Origin: a virus
Virus record (IMG/VR): IMGVR_UViG_3300032073_000003
Location: 55,467-119,466 of that record
Strand: one strand, 5' to 3'
DNA: 64,000 bases
Shown: positions 45,321 through 56,194 of the stretch, piece after piece
Layout of the letters: each line of letters begins with the position of its first letter
Position numbering within the stretch: position 1 is the stretch's first letter
Translations under genes and position numbers: made by a program
The notes under the pieces: model-generated
Told to the model about the DNA's origin: nothing
Database searches by the model: none
What the model saw: the letters and a program-made list of their open reading frames with translations, nothing else

Positions 45321-47255
45321 ATGAGAACACATTGGGTAATGGACTATGAAACAATGGTTAATTTATTTGTAGCCGTGTTTCAAGATTATGTTTCTAACGA
45401 AACACATATTTTCAAAATACATTCTTCATTAGATAACGATATCAAACCTTTAATTAAATTTCTAAAAAGAAATAAAAATTTAAAAGAAAAACATATTTCT
45501 TTTAATGGTTTATCATTTGATTCTCAAATTACTCAATTTATTTTGAGTAAATCTGGAGCATTATTAAAAATGGATCAAGCTGATATTGTTAATGCTATTT
45601 ATAATGTAGCACAAGAAACAATAGAACTTAGTAATTCAAATGAATTTTCTAAATATCCTGAATGGAAATTGAGTATAGATCAAATTGATGTATTTAAAAT
45701 AAATCATTGGGATAACCGTGCTAAAAGAACAAGTTTAAAATGGGCACAATTTAGTATGGACTGGCCTAATCTACAAGATATGCCGATACACTTTACTACT
45801 AAAGTAAATAGTAAAGAAGAAATTGATATGATTACAAATTATTGCATTAATGATGTTGAATCAACTAAGAAAATTTTACATTTATCTAAACCGTTAATTA
45901 ATGTAAGAAGAAACATTAAAGAAAAATATGGTTTAAATTGTACAAACTTTTCAAATACAAAACTTGGTTCTAAATTATTACTAGGTTTATATTGTAATGC
46001 AACAGGTAAAGACAAACAAGAAGTTAACGATTCTAGAACTTATAGATCTGGAATTAATGTAAAAGATATATTATTTGATTATATATCATTTCAAACTGCA
46101 CCGTTTCAATCTTTCTTAGATAAACTAAAAGATAAAGTAATATATAATACAAAAAGTGATTTTAAATTTAAATTAAAATTTAAAGGTTATGATTTTCATT
46201 ATGGTGCAGGTGGTATTCATCAATGCATAAAACCAGGTAAATACCATGCAGATAATGATATAATTATTAAAGATTTAGATGTAGCATCTCTATATCCTAG
46301 TATAGCTTGTATGAATAATATGTCTCCTGCTCATTTAGGAAATGAATTCTTCGAGGTTTATAAAAAAGATATTGTTGATGTTAGACTTGCTGAAAAGCAA
46401 AAATCTAAAGAAGACAGAGATGTTGCTATTATTGAAGGATTTAAAGAAGCAGCTAATGCTTCTTATGGTAATAGTAACAGTGAGTATTCTTGGTTATATG
46501 ATCCTCAATATACTATGCAAACAACCATTAATGGTCAGTTATTATTAAGCATGCTAGTTGAAGATTTATTAATTAATATACCAGAGTCAGTATTGTTACA
46601 AACTAATACAGATGGTGCTACTTTTCAATTCAATAAAATGTACTTGGATAAGTATAATGAAATATGTAAAGCTTGGGAAGAAAAAACTAAACTTGTATTA
46701 GAGTTTGCCGATTATAGTGATATGTATATTTGGGATGTAAATAATTATATTAGTGTATATACAAATGGTAATGCAAAATGTAAAGGTAGATTTGAGTGGG
46801 AAGATTTGCAAAATCATAAATATACTCATTTACATAAAAATAAATCTCACTTAATAGTAGCTAAAGCTATATATAATTATTTTGTAAACGGAATAGACCC
46901 TGAAGAGTATTTAAAATCTAATACTAATATTTATGATTACTGTGCTGGAGTTAAAATTAAAGGAAATTGGACATTTTATAGATCAGCAATAGAAAACGGA
47001 ACATATATTAATGAAGCTTTACAAAAAACTATTAGATATTACATTTCTAATAAAGGATCTAAAGTTTTAAAGATTAATAATTTAGATAAAAGAGAAATAC
47101 AAATAGAAGCGGGAAAATGGCAACAAACTATTTTTAATACATATATAGAAAAGCCATTTGAAGAATATGATATTAATTATGATTACTATCTAGGAAATAT
47201 CAAGAAAGAAATTGAAACCCTAGAACCTAAATTTAAACAATTAAAATTATTTTAA
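45321..47255 (+). CDS. polB: Family B DNA polymerase
   Basis: Exo DYET, SFNGLSFD, YCINDV; pol DLDVASLYPS, KEAANASYG, TINGQL, NTDG. Confidence 0.95.
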   Translation: MRTHWVMDYETMVNLFVAVFQDYVSNETHIFKIHSSLDNDIKPLIKFLKRNKNLKEKHISFNGLSFDSQITQFILSKSGALLKMDQADIVNAIYNVAQETIELSNSNEFSKYPEWKLSIDQIDVFKINHWDNRAKRTSLKWAQFSMDWPNLQDMPIHFTTKVNSKEEIDMITNYCINDVESTKKILHLSKPLINVRRNIKEKYGLNCTNFSNTKLGSKLLLGLYCNATGKDKQEVNDSRTYRSGINVKDILFDYISFQTAPFQSFLDKLKDKVIYNTKSDFKFKLKFKGYDFHYGAGGIHQCIKPGKYHADNDIIIKDLDVASLYPSIACMNNMSPAHLGNEFFEVYKKDIVDVRLAEKQKSKEDRDVAIIEGFKEAANASYGNSNSEYSWLYDPQYTMQTTINGQLLLSMLVEDLLINIPESVLLQTNTDGATFQFNKMYLDKYNEICKAWEEKTKLVLEFADYSDMYIWDVNNYISVYTNGNAKCKGRFEWEDLQNHKYTHLHKNKSHLIVAKAIYNYFVNGIDPEEYLKSNTNIYDYCAGVKIKGNWTFYRSAIENGTYINEALQKTIRYYISNKGSKVLKINNLDKREIQIEAGKWQQTIFNTYIEKPFEEYDINYDYYLGNIKKEIETLEPKFKQLKLF

Positions 47256-47256
47256 C

Positions 47257-48576
47257 ATGCCAAGAAAAATTGAAAATACAACAAAAGCACACTTAATTAG
47301 TGTGCCTCTTCCTCAACATGCTGCTACTTATACTGTAATTAGTCATCAGTTTGTAATGGATTATGCAACACAACAATTGATTGCTGCGGGATTTAATATT
47401 TCTGATGAGATATATAGATGTACTGCAGACGGGCAAATTGCTCAAGGTGTTTATAGACTTAATTATAACAAAGATCCTGAATTATCAATGATGTTTGCTT
47501 GGACTAATAGTTACAATAAGCAAGTTAAATTTAAATGTGTAGTAGGGGGATATGTTAATAACACTGGTTCAGTAATGATTTCTGGTGATATTGGTAATTG
47601 GGTAAGAAAACATACAGGTACTGCAGACACGGAAACTAAAGATACTATAGATGATTATATTGCTAATGCAAATATGTATTATGATCAGTTGTTATCTGAT
47701 AAATTATGTATGGAAAAAATAGACCTTAATAAAAGAAAACAATCTCAATTATTAGGATGTCTATTTGCAGAATATGAAATTCTTACTACTGAACAAGCAA
47801 GTATGGTTAGAGACCAAATGAAAAAACCTTTACATGTATTTACAAGTTCAGATAGCTTATGGGCATTTTATAATTATGTAACAATAGCTCTTCAAAAATC
47901 ACATCCTAGAACTTGGATGGAAGATCAGAGAATTCTACATTATTTTATATCTACAGTTGGGAATTTTCAAAAAGTAGCTGCACCAGTAACACCAGTTGCA
48001 GTCTCAGAAGTTGAAGAAGATACAGATGAAGACACTGAAGAATTTGTAGATCCAAATCAAACATCAATTTTAGATCAGATTGATTCAATAGATGTAGAAG
48101 AAGTTGACAAAGAAGTTGGTGAACTTATAGTTACCGGAGATGCTGCACTTAGTGCAGAAGAAAATGTAGTTGATCTTGATGCTGAAGAAGATTCTGAAGA
48201 AGATGTTACATCTGATAATGGCAGTGATTGGGATATAGATAAAGCTAAAGAAGTAGAATTTCCACAAACAATTGATCTTGATGCTGAAGAAGATAATGAT
48301 TGGGACAAGTTAGAAGAAGCAGGCGTTATTAAAGAAACACCTGTTGTTAAAGCTAAAGATACAGAACCTTTTCCTTTAGAAGAGGCTACTGAAGAAGAGA
48401 CTACGGAAATGCTTTACGGTGTAGATAATGGAGATATAGAAATAACTAATGCTCCTATTAATATACTTGCTAAAGAAGAAGTTATAGAAAGTGAATTTGC
48501 AAAAGAAGACAATTTCAATCTAGACTTTAGTGAAGATACTAATGAAGATCAGGATTCAATTCCTGACTTTTTTTAG
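47257..48576 (+). CDS. DUF932-like domain plus a long acidic C-terminal region
   Basis: N-terminal Y..ISH, MFAWTNSYNK, RKHTG; roughly 180 aa D/E-rich tail ending IPDFF. Confidence 0.6.
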   Translation: MPRKIENTTKAHLISVPLPQHAATYTVISHQFVMDYATQQLIAAGFNISDEIYRCTADGQIAQGVYRLNYNKDPELSMMFAWTNSYNKQVKFKCVVGGYVNNTGSVMISGDIGNWVRKHTGTADTETKDTIDDYIANANMYYDQLLSDKLCMEKIDLNKRKQSQLLGCLFAEYEILTTEQASMVRDQMKKPLHVFTSSDSLWAFYNYVTIALQKSHPRTWMEDQRILHYFISTVGNFQKVAAPVTPVAVSEVEEDTDEDTEEFVDPNQTSILDQIDSIDVEEVDKEVGELIVTGDAALSAEENVVDLDAEEDSEEDVTSDNGSDWDIDKAKEVEFPQTIDLDAEEDNDWDKLEEAGVIKETPVVKAKDTEPFPLEEATEEETTEMLYGVDNGDIEITNAPINILAKEEVIESEFAKEDNFNLDFSEDTNEDQDSIPDFF

Positions 48577-48595
48577 TTATAGTTAATGTTAACAT

Positions 48596-48627
48596 AGGGG
48601 GCCCTCACGGGTCCCCTTTTTTTTTTT
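48596..48627. terminator. Terminator at the convergence of the plus and minus modules
   Basis: AGGGGGCCC-TCAC-GGGTCCCCT followed by a long T run. Confidence 0.8.
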
Positions 48628-48772
48628 AATCCCAATTTATTTGTATACTTATTATTGTAAGAAATAATTCAAATGTATGAAAAGATTCTTTTTCATCAGG
48701 TTCTAAGTAACTCCAACCTAACAAACATCTTGAATGCGGCCAGGTAATAAATATATTTACATCGTATCCCAT
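48626..48772 (-). CDS. Small hypothetical protein (48 aa, not in track)
   Basis: MGYDVNIFITWPHSRCLLGWSYLEPDEKESFHTFELFLTIISIQINWD; TAATG overlap with the giant ORF. Confidence 0.55.
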   Translation of the reverse strand: MGYDVNIFITWPHSRCLLGWSYLEPDEKESFHTFELFLTIISIQINWD

Positions 48773-51700
48773 TATCTTCCTACTCTTTGTGATTTCATCA
48801 TATTTTGCATAGTATATTCTGGATCATCAGTAGAACCTGTACGACCAAATGTTTTATATATTTTTGCCCATATCTTAAGGTCTCCTTTTTCTTTAAAGCT
48901 CATTGTACCTACATCTCTTTTGTATCTATCCATTTCAGAAAATGTTATAAAATCTAAAACATCTCCTAGTATATCTGCATAAAGAACTATAGTATTATAC
49001 CAAGCACTTGTAGTTTGAGTAATCATTTTAGTATAATCATCCATACCTAAATTAAGTCCTTTTACAGATGGTAATGGAACAAATGCAGAGGATTCAGCTT
49101 GTACACCAAGCATTAATAATAACATATGATTACTTATAAACCCATAAGTATTAAATGTATCTTGACTCAATGAACCTGATCTCTTTTTAATTTTATTCCA
49201 TTTTTCATCATCTTCTGGATCAAATCCAAATATCATCATTGCAAGTAAACTTAATCCTATTACAAATAGACCTTCTCCTGCCATTTTTCTTAATGATACT
49301 TTTTCTTCTGTAGATAAGTAAGCTGCATCTCTAGTTCCTGATTTTATTGTTTTTACCATAGCTTGAAAAGCAGTAAGATAAAATCCTTTACCATAAGATC
49401 CCGTTGCCCAATCGTATCTTTCACCACCTCTTGTCCAAGTTAACGTTTTAGAATCATAACCAAATCTATTCATAAACATTGGAGTAAACCATTTTCTCAT
49501 AAAGAAAAACATTCTGTAAATAAGTAACTTATTACCTTCAGATTGACCCATTTTATCATATGTACCAAATAATTTACGAGACGTACCTTGAATTCTATTT
49601 TTTAATCCAAGAAATTTTTCTGATTTAGCAATAATTATTTCTTGACCGTCTTCTAATTCTACAGTAGTTTTAATTCTATTTTTTGCTTTAAGTTCTTCTA
49701 CAGGTAAATAATATTTTTTAGCTATTTCTTCTAACGTTTCTCCTCTTTGATATTCATGAAATACTGGTAGATTACTCCATCCTGGATGAACTCCTGGTTT
49801 TAATCTAATAATACCTTCCGCATCTTTTTCCCAAGCTTCTTCATATCTCATTGTTTTTTTAGTACCATCAGTAAGAATTTGATCTACTTTTTGACCAAAC
49901 ATAAACGATCCAAACAATGCAACAGCAACTTGCATTTCACCAAACTTCCTATGCATATACATCCACTCAAAATTTGCTAAATCTTTTACTAAAGATCTTT
50001 CTATTTCTCTACCAAACTCATCTTTTGATTTAAATGTAGGATCAAATATTTGAATTAATTGAGTAGATTTAGAACCCGGTCCAGTTTGATAAATACCTTT
50101 AGTGCTCCATTCTAACATTGATCTTTCTGCCCAAGGTCTAGCAAGTGCAAAATCTTTAAGTGTGATAAATTCAGCTCCTATGCCTTCAAGAAGAACTTGA
50201 ACATATGCTCCATATTTGTTTTTTAAATCTGATGGAATATTCAAAGCTAAACTACCCATTGCAGATAAACCTTGTAAAGATTGCATCCATTTACCAAATA
50301 CAGGATGTGTTTCTTCAATACCTTCTACCATTCTACCATAATACTCTCGTTCAATTAAAGATTTTACTTGACCTAATCTATTATTAGTAGAAAACTTTTT
50401 CTTAGCTTTTTGCAGATTACCTTTAAGATTCCATACGTTTTTATCAAACTTTTCTAATTCTTTAGGTTCGTTAGCAGGATCTTCTAATGTCTCCAAGACA
50501 GAATTAACAAGAGGTAAGCTTTCTAAAAGTTTAGACTGAGTTTGCACGGACAATGCATACTTAAATATATTTCTAAATATATCTGCATCCGTTATTTCAT
50601 GATCTAAATTATATATACCAGATACGGGAATATAACTTATTTGATTACCATTAAGATCTGTATTTACTAAGTTATTCTTAGCATCATAATTAAAATCTAA
50701 TTCTGCATCATTAGATGACCTACTAAAAGATTGCTTAAGCCATTCTTTAGTATTTTTACCTAATTCAGAAAATCTACTACCATAAGTTCCTTTTTGCATA
50801 GCTTGCCAAATATCACCTCTTTTTGTAGAGTATCTTGGCATATCTAAATATAACTTACTATAGTTACTCATACCTTCTTGGTTTTGCAAATGATACTCTT
50901 TAATTGTTTCAAGTAACTTATACTCTGCATTATTAGAAGCTTCCATTTGAAAGTAACGGTTGTTTATAAATCTATCATCTTTAGCACTATATTTTTCTCC
51001 TGGTTTATATAGTCTTGGTAATGGTTGATTTTTATTATCTATATAAGTACCTACATAATCGGCTTTTTTAGCTCCAAATGGTATAGTTCTGTATTCATCT
51101 TTAACTTCACGTCTTGAATGTCTAATTCCAGGAGCTCCTTTTAATAAAATTGGCTCACCTGTATTTTTATCAATAATTTCTGTAAAGTTTATATAACTTT
51201 CATCTGTCGGTGTGGAAACATTATTAGCAGCTGTTCTTTTATAATATGTCTCATAAGCTTTAGTTTCTTTATTCCACTTTTGTATAGTAAAGTGATTTAA
51301 ATTAAACCATTCTGCTAATTTTTCATCTTCTTCTAATAATTCTTGAAAATCATCTGCATTTACTCTCTCCTCAACATCTTCTTCAGATATTTGTTTAACT
51401 TCAAGTCTGGATAGATTATAATTCAATGTTTCCATATAATATATAGTAGGAATCTTTTTAGTTAAAGATGATAGTTCAGATATAATCTGTTCTATTCTTG
51501 TCACATCTGATGCAGATATGCCAGATTCTTGTACTTTATCGAGTAAATAAAAATATCTATCAGACTCAGGACTTCCTTGTTCTAATCTACCAGCCGATGC
51601 TTTTTGAGATAAGTCATAAAGCTCATCAGCATTATCTTTACTAAGACCTGTTCTAGCATCTGTGCTAGATCTAAAGTCAGAAATTTCTTGTTCTAAATTT

Positions 51701-54700
51701 TTAACTTTTATTAGCTTATCATTACCCATATCAGAACTATTAGGTTCTCCAGATTGATCTTTATAAGTATAAACTAATTCTCCAATTGTTTGATAAGCTC
51801 CTGCTATATCAAATTGTTCTTTACCATCTTCTTTTATTCTTTCTTGTATTTCTCTAAGTTCTGTAAGTAACGTATTTCTTTTTTCCCAATACTCAGGATC
51901 AATATCCATTCTAAGATTTTGACGTTCCCATTTTTTCATTTCACGTTCATACTCTTCATCACCTGAAAAAATATTTTTAGTAGCTAGAAGATCTACAATC
52001 TCATTATATGCACTTTGCAATGATGCATCTACAGGTCTCCACTCATAAAAATCTCTTGTTGCTTCTCTATGTTCTTGAAGTATTTTAGCTATACTTAAAT
52101 CATAAACATTATTAGCTTCATCATCTACTTTAGGTGTGCCATCCTCATAAGTAAGAGCAAATAATTGCTGATACTCTCTATATGCTGCTTGAATAGTTGA
52201 GTATTCCTCAAATCTTTCAAGCTCATTTTCCATAGAATTTACCAAGTTATTATACGCAGCTAATTTTTGCTTTCTTACATAGTATGCTAATTTACCTACC
52301 TCAGATTGTTTAAAAATATCATCCTTTTCATAAAACTCAGGAACGAAATCCTGCCACATATAGTCTCTTTTAAAAGTATCAAACTCTAATTGTGCAGTAG
52401 CTATTTTATCTATGTCTTCAGTTTTCTTTGCTTCTTCTAAGTTATAATCTAATAAATCATAATGGTATCTATAATCTTTATGAGCCCCGTGATATGACCA
52501 TATTTTTTTCTCAATAGGTTTACCAGTTTCTTTATCTACCCAAAATACAGTATCTAAAAATCCCATCTTTTCTCTTAATTGTGCAGAGTTTAATTTACTA
52601 AATCCTACAGCAGGTAAAAGTCTTTCAAGTTTTTTTCTAAACTTCATGGATTTTTCCCATACTATATTTTCGACTTGAGACTTTTCATTTTCTATAAACA
52701 TAGCTAATGGACCTGTCACAACATCATTAGAAGAACTATAGCTTTCTAACCATCTATTAAACCAAGTTACATCTTTTGCTCCTCCAGTAAGTGCTTCAGT
52801 TATTTTATCTTTATCAATAACTAAATCTTTATACTCTTGTAAAAAGCCATCTAATATTTTTTTAGGAACTCCTTTTTTAACTAACTCATTAATATCTTCT
52901 TCTTTAAGTTCTTGAGTAGTTACTTTATAATAAAGATCGTTTACAGCTTTTTCTAATTGCTCCGGTCCAAATGCTTTTTTTAATGCAGTACCAAGATTAG
53001 TTTTTAATCTATCCTGAACATACTCTGACATATATCCTGTAATTTCAACATAAAACTGTACATCATTTGTTTTAAGTAAATTAGCAATGTTAGTATTAAC
53101 CCTAGTAATATTCTGTACTATCTCATTTAGGTTTAAATAAAATGGATTACTAGTATCCATCATTTTACCATCCATATCTAACAACCCATTTATTTCCTCT
53201 ACCATTTTTAACCAGGCTTGAGAGTTTTGTTTGTATAACATTAATAAAGCTACAGTACTTCTATTATTAATATTAGCTTTATTAATTTTAGATATATTAG
53301 ACAGCATATTTTTTAACATGCTATTAGTAGTATCCAAAGTATTTACTAATGCAGTTGCTCTTTGAAGATCTGCATCTAATGATTCTTTTGCCGCGTCTAA
53401 TGCATTTTGAATCTTTTCATTCTCATCAAATCCTTCTACTTCTGTATTAAGGTAATCTTTAAGTGTGTTAGTTACCTCTCTTAAATATCTTGTAGTTCCT
53501 TTTTGGAATAATGTTTCTTTTAACATTTTTTTAGAGACCGTGTCTCCTTTAAAATTTTCAGCCTCTGTTAAAATTTTCTTATTAGTATCATAAATTTGAT
53601 CTACAATACCCTGCATGGATTCTTTATCTGAAAACTTCTCCAGTTCTTTAGCCCTAGCTAATACATCCCTTCCAAACATTACAATATCTTCTTCCTTAAG
53701 TTTACTAGGAATATCAATCTCAACCTGTCCTTCTAAAAGTAAATCAGCTAATTCTTCTATAGAAGTATCCACATTTATTTTAGACACTTTTACTTTACTA
53801 CCAAAAATACCTCTAAGGATTTTTTTGATTGCGGCCATTACGTTTTGTATAAACTTGTCAAAACCTTCAGTATTAATCTGATCGTTCATCTTGTTTATTG
53901 CGGATAATTGTAATGCGTAATTAATTACCTCTTCTTTAAAGAAATCTGAATTTTGATCTAATTCAGGATACTGAGATTCTACATAAAATTTTATTCCTTG
54001 ACCTTCTTCAGTTCCTATAGCTTGTTTATATAGTTTCTGAAATAGAATGTTATTTTTCATTCTTAATCCTTGGAGTAATGGATGTCCGAATTCGTGTATT
54101 ACTGTTCTAGGACTTATGTTTTCACCTACTAAATAAACTGTACCTGCGTAATAGAATCCAGCTTCTCCGTTATATTTAACAGCTCTATTTTTTAATATAT
54201 CTGCTGCTTCCTCTTTATTAACATTTTGGTAATTAACATTTAATCCGAGAGCTAGTCTTTGTGATAATGCTTCAGCTAGTTGTTTTGATCTTTGATTATT
54301 GAGATCATTTACATTTATATCTACAAGAGGGGTATTTCTATACTCCCAAGCAGCCTTATCTATATCAGTATCAACACCTGGTTCTTTTACTCTAGGTGTA
54401 AATGTGTAATTTTCATCTTTATTTAAAAAGCTTTGTTCAATAAAGTAATATACATCATCTAGTAAAGAAGAATTTTTGATACCAAATAATTTAAATATTG
54501 CGTCAATTACATCTTTTAATAAACTACTTTTTTTATTATATATCCCTGGTATCTCTGAAAGAGTTTTGGCAAACATTGGATTACCAAGAGCTTCAGATAC
54601 AAATTCAAATAAATTAGATAGTCCGTACTCAGCATTTCCTGTTAATTGTCCATTATCAAAAGATATTTTACCTTCTGCATGTAAGTCTAATACTTTTTTA

Positions 54701-56193
54701 TAAGTATTTTCTAACTTACGTATATTTTTAATTTCTTCTGAAGTAAGATTTTCTACTATATAGGTTTCATCAAGTTCCGGTTTCATTAAAGATTGGGGAG
54801 CAAGTCTTTCAGGATGTTTTTTATATAAAGATTTATTATAATGATCATTTAAAAAATATTTTCTTAAATAAGGCACTGAAAAATGATGTGCAAGTTCATG
54901 TAAAAGAATGTGTTCTTTACTACCAGGACCTTTATAGCTAACATTTATAACTCCATTTTCCCAAACTCCTCCACCCATAGACCATATTGCAGGTTGTACA
55001 GATGAGCTAGGATTTATAGCATCTATAGTTTTTTTATGACTTAAAAATACATTAGCTAAACTTTTCCATACTTTACCAGGACCTTCTTTAGTTGCTATTT
55101 CTTCTAATATTCCTTTTACACTTTCTCTATATTTTCTAGCCTCCTCTTTTTCCTTAAGTACTATTATATTTTTTTGTACAGTATCAGAATCAAAGAATGC
55201 TTCTCTTCGTGCTAATTCATTATTTACTAGATCAACTATTCTACTATTAAAATCTTCAGGAGCTATTGTTTGATAATTAAGTAAAGTTTCATATTTCTCC
55301 AACATAGCATTAGCACCATGAAACACTTGTCTGGCCCTTTCAATATTAGATGCTTTGTTGCTTCTTGCATTGAAATTTGCTTTATAATATCCTAATGCTT
55401 GCTTTATAGATTTGAAACCTGTTTCTTCAAGTTTAAATAAAGCAGGAAATGCTCTTTCTGCTACTTCTAATTGCTCTGATGTATATTCATCTAAAGATCT
55501 ATTATTATAATTTTTTAAAAAACTATCAAGTAAATTTTTAATACCATATGCTTTATCACTATTTCTACTAGCATCTTCAAGAGAGTCCTTAGTTTCTTTT
55601 ATCTTGTTTGTTAAAAAAGATCTAATATATTCACTATCATTAAGACTTTCATTAAGCTTGTCTATGTTTGTAATTGTATAAGGAAGTCCTATTAATTTTA
55701 TCAATTCTTCAAATACATCATCTAAATACTCAGATTTCTTAACTTGACTAGGTAATTTCTTACTGGTATAAGCTCTAACTTTAATCTTTAATTTATTCTC
55801 TATTAAATTAGAAACTTTTTCTACTTCTGATATGTATCTAGACTTATTCTCACTATATATATCAGGATCTATAACTAAATTAAAACCTTTAGTTTGACGT
55901 TCATCAAATTGTTCTTGCAACCTATCAAATAAAACTCCATTTGGTACTGCTCTATAAGTTGTACTTTTAGCATCTCTTCTATATGTAGATTTACTAGGTT
56001 CAATATTTTCAGATCTATTAATACTAAATAATTTTTCACCGTATGTATCTAAACCATATTTAGTTTGAGCTAAAATAGTTAATTGATCATTAAGTTTATC
56101 AAAAAGATTTCTATCAATGATTTTTCTTACATCGTTAGTTGCACCTTCTTTTTCTAAATATTTTATTGAATTTACTTTTACTTCACAAGCCAT
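48772..56193 (-). CDS. Giant virion cargo (ejection) protein with two zincin-like HExxH motifs, a LysM domain and C-terminal hydrophobic helices
   Basis: 2473 aa; HELAH (54886-54900), HEFGH (54082-54096), LysM-like about 49631-49757, C-terminal GLFVIGLSLLAMMIFG; adjacent to the virion RNAP as in Crassvirales. Confidence 0.85.
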   Translation of the reverse strand: MACEVKVNSIKYLEKEGATNDVRKIIDRNLFDKLNDQLTILAQTKYGLDTYGEKLFSINRSENIEPSKSTYRRDAKSTTYRAVPNGVLFDRLQEQFDERQTKGFNLVIDPDIYSENKSRYISEVEKVSNLIENKLKIKVRAYTSKKLPSQVKKSEYLDDVFEELIKLIGLPYTITNIDKLNESLNDSEYIRSFLTNKIKETKDSLEDASRNSDKAYGIKNLLDSFLKNYNNRSLDEYTSEQLEVAERAFPALFKLEETGFKSIKQALGYYKANFNARSNKASNIERARQVFHGANAMLEKYETLLNYQTIAPEDFNSRIVDLVNNELARREAFFDSDTVQKNIIVLKEKEEARKYRESVKGILEEIATKEGPGKVWKSLANVFLSHKKTIDAINPSSSVQPAIWSMGGGVWENGVINVSYKGPGSKEHILLHELAHHFSVPYLRKYFLNDHYNKSLYKKHPERLAPQSLMKPELDETYIVENLTSEEIKNIRKLENTYKKVLDLHAEGKISFDNGQLTGNAEYGLSNLFEFVSEALGNPMFAKTLSEIPGIYNKKSSLLKDVIDAIFKLFGIKNSSLLDDVYYFIEQSFLNKDENYTFTPRVKEPGVDTDIDKAAWEYRNTPLVDINVNDLNNQRSKQLAEALSQRLALGLNVNYQNVNKEEAADILKNRAVKYNGEAGFYYAGTVYLVGENISPRTVIHEFGHPLLQGLRMKNNILFQKLYKQAIGTEEGQGIKFYVESQYPELDQNSDFFKEEVINYALQLSAINKMNDQINTEGFDKFIQNVMAAIKKILRGIFGSKVKVSKINVDTSIEELADLLLEGQVEIDIPSKLKEEDIVMFGRDVLARAKELEKFSDKESMQGIVDQIYDTNKKILTEAENFKGDTVSKKMLKETLFQKGTTRYLREVTNTLKDYLNTEVEGFDENEKIQNALDAAKESLDADLQRATALVNTLDTTNSMLKNMLSNISKINKANINNRSTVALLMLYKQNSQAWLKMVEEINGLLDMDGKMMDTSNPFYLNLNEIVQNITRVNTNIANLLKTNDVQFYVEITGYMSEYVQDRLKTNLGTALKKAFGPEQLEKAVNDLYYKVTTQELKEEDINELVKKGVPKKILDGFLQEYKDLVIDKDKITEALTGGAKDVTWFNRWLESYSSSNDVVTGPLAMFIENEKSQVENIVWEKSMKFRKKLERLLPAVGFSKLNSAQLREKMGFLDTVFWVDKETGKPIEKKIWSYHGAHKDYRYHYDLLDYNLEEAKKTEDIDKIATAQLEFDTFKRDYMWQDFVPEFYEKDDIFKQSEVGKLAYYVRKQKLAAYNNLVNSMENELERFEEYSTIQAAYREYQQLFALTYEDGTPKVDDEANNVYDLSIAKILQEHREATRDFYEWRPVDASLQSAYNEIVDLLATKNIFSGDEEYEREMKKWERQNLRMDIDPEYWEKRNTLLTELREIQERIKEDGKEQFDIAGAYQTIGELVYTYKDQSGEPNSSDMGNDKLIKVKNLEQEISDFRSSTDARTGLSKDNADELYDLSQKASAGRLEQGSPESDRYFYLLDKVQESGISASDVTRIEQIISELSSLTKKIPTIYYMETLNYNLSRLEVKQISEEDVEERVNADDFQELLEEDEKLAEWFNLNHFTIQKWNKETKAYETYYKRTAANNVSTPTDESYINFTEIIDKNTGEPILLKGAPGIRHSRREVKDEYRTIPFGAKKADYVGTYIDNKNQPLPRLYKPGEKYSAKDDRFINNRYFQMEASNNAEYKLLETIKEYHLQNQEGMSNYSKLYLDMPRYSTKRGDIWQAMQKGTYGSRFSELGKNTKEWLKQSFSRSSNDAELDFNYDAKNNLVNTDLNGNQISYIPVSGIYNLDHEITDADIFRNIFKYALSVQTQSKLLESLPLVNSVLETLEDPANEPKELEKFDKNVWNLKGNLQKAKKKFSTNNRLGQVKSLIEREYYGRMVEGIEETHPVFGKWMQSLQGLSAMGSLALNIPSDLKNKYGAYVQVLLEGIGAEFITLKDFALARPWAERSMLEWSTKGIYQTGPGSKSTQLIQIFDPTFKSKDEFGREIERSLVKDLANFEWMYMHRKFGEMQVAVALFGSFMFGQKVDQILTDGTKKTMRYEEAWEKDAEGIIRLKPGVHPGWSNLPVFHEYQRGETLEEIAKKYYLPVEELKAKNRIKTTVELEDGQEIIIAKSEKFLGLKNRIQGTSRKLFGTYDKMGQSEGNKLLIYRMFFFMRKWFTPMFMNRFGYDSKTLTWTRGGERYDWATGSYGKGFYLTAFQAMVKTIKSGTRDAAYLSTEEKVSLRKMAGEGLFVIGLSLLAMMIFGFDPEDDEKWNKIKKRSGSLSQDTFNTYGFISNHMLLLMLGVQAESSAFVPLPSVKGLNLGMDDYTKMITQTTSAWYNTIVLYADILGDVLDFITFSEMDRYKRDVGTMSFKEKGDLKIWAKIYKTFGRTGSTDDPEYTMQNMMKSQRVGR

Positions 56194-56194
56194 A

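Noticed and set aside
1665-47255. Inteins or group I introns in terL, helicases, primase or polB
   Set aside because: Protein lengths and motif spacing are ordinary, with no intein termini, LAGLIDADG motifs or split reading frames.
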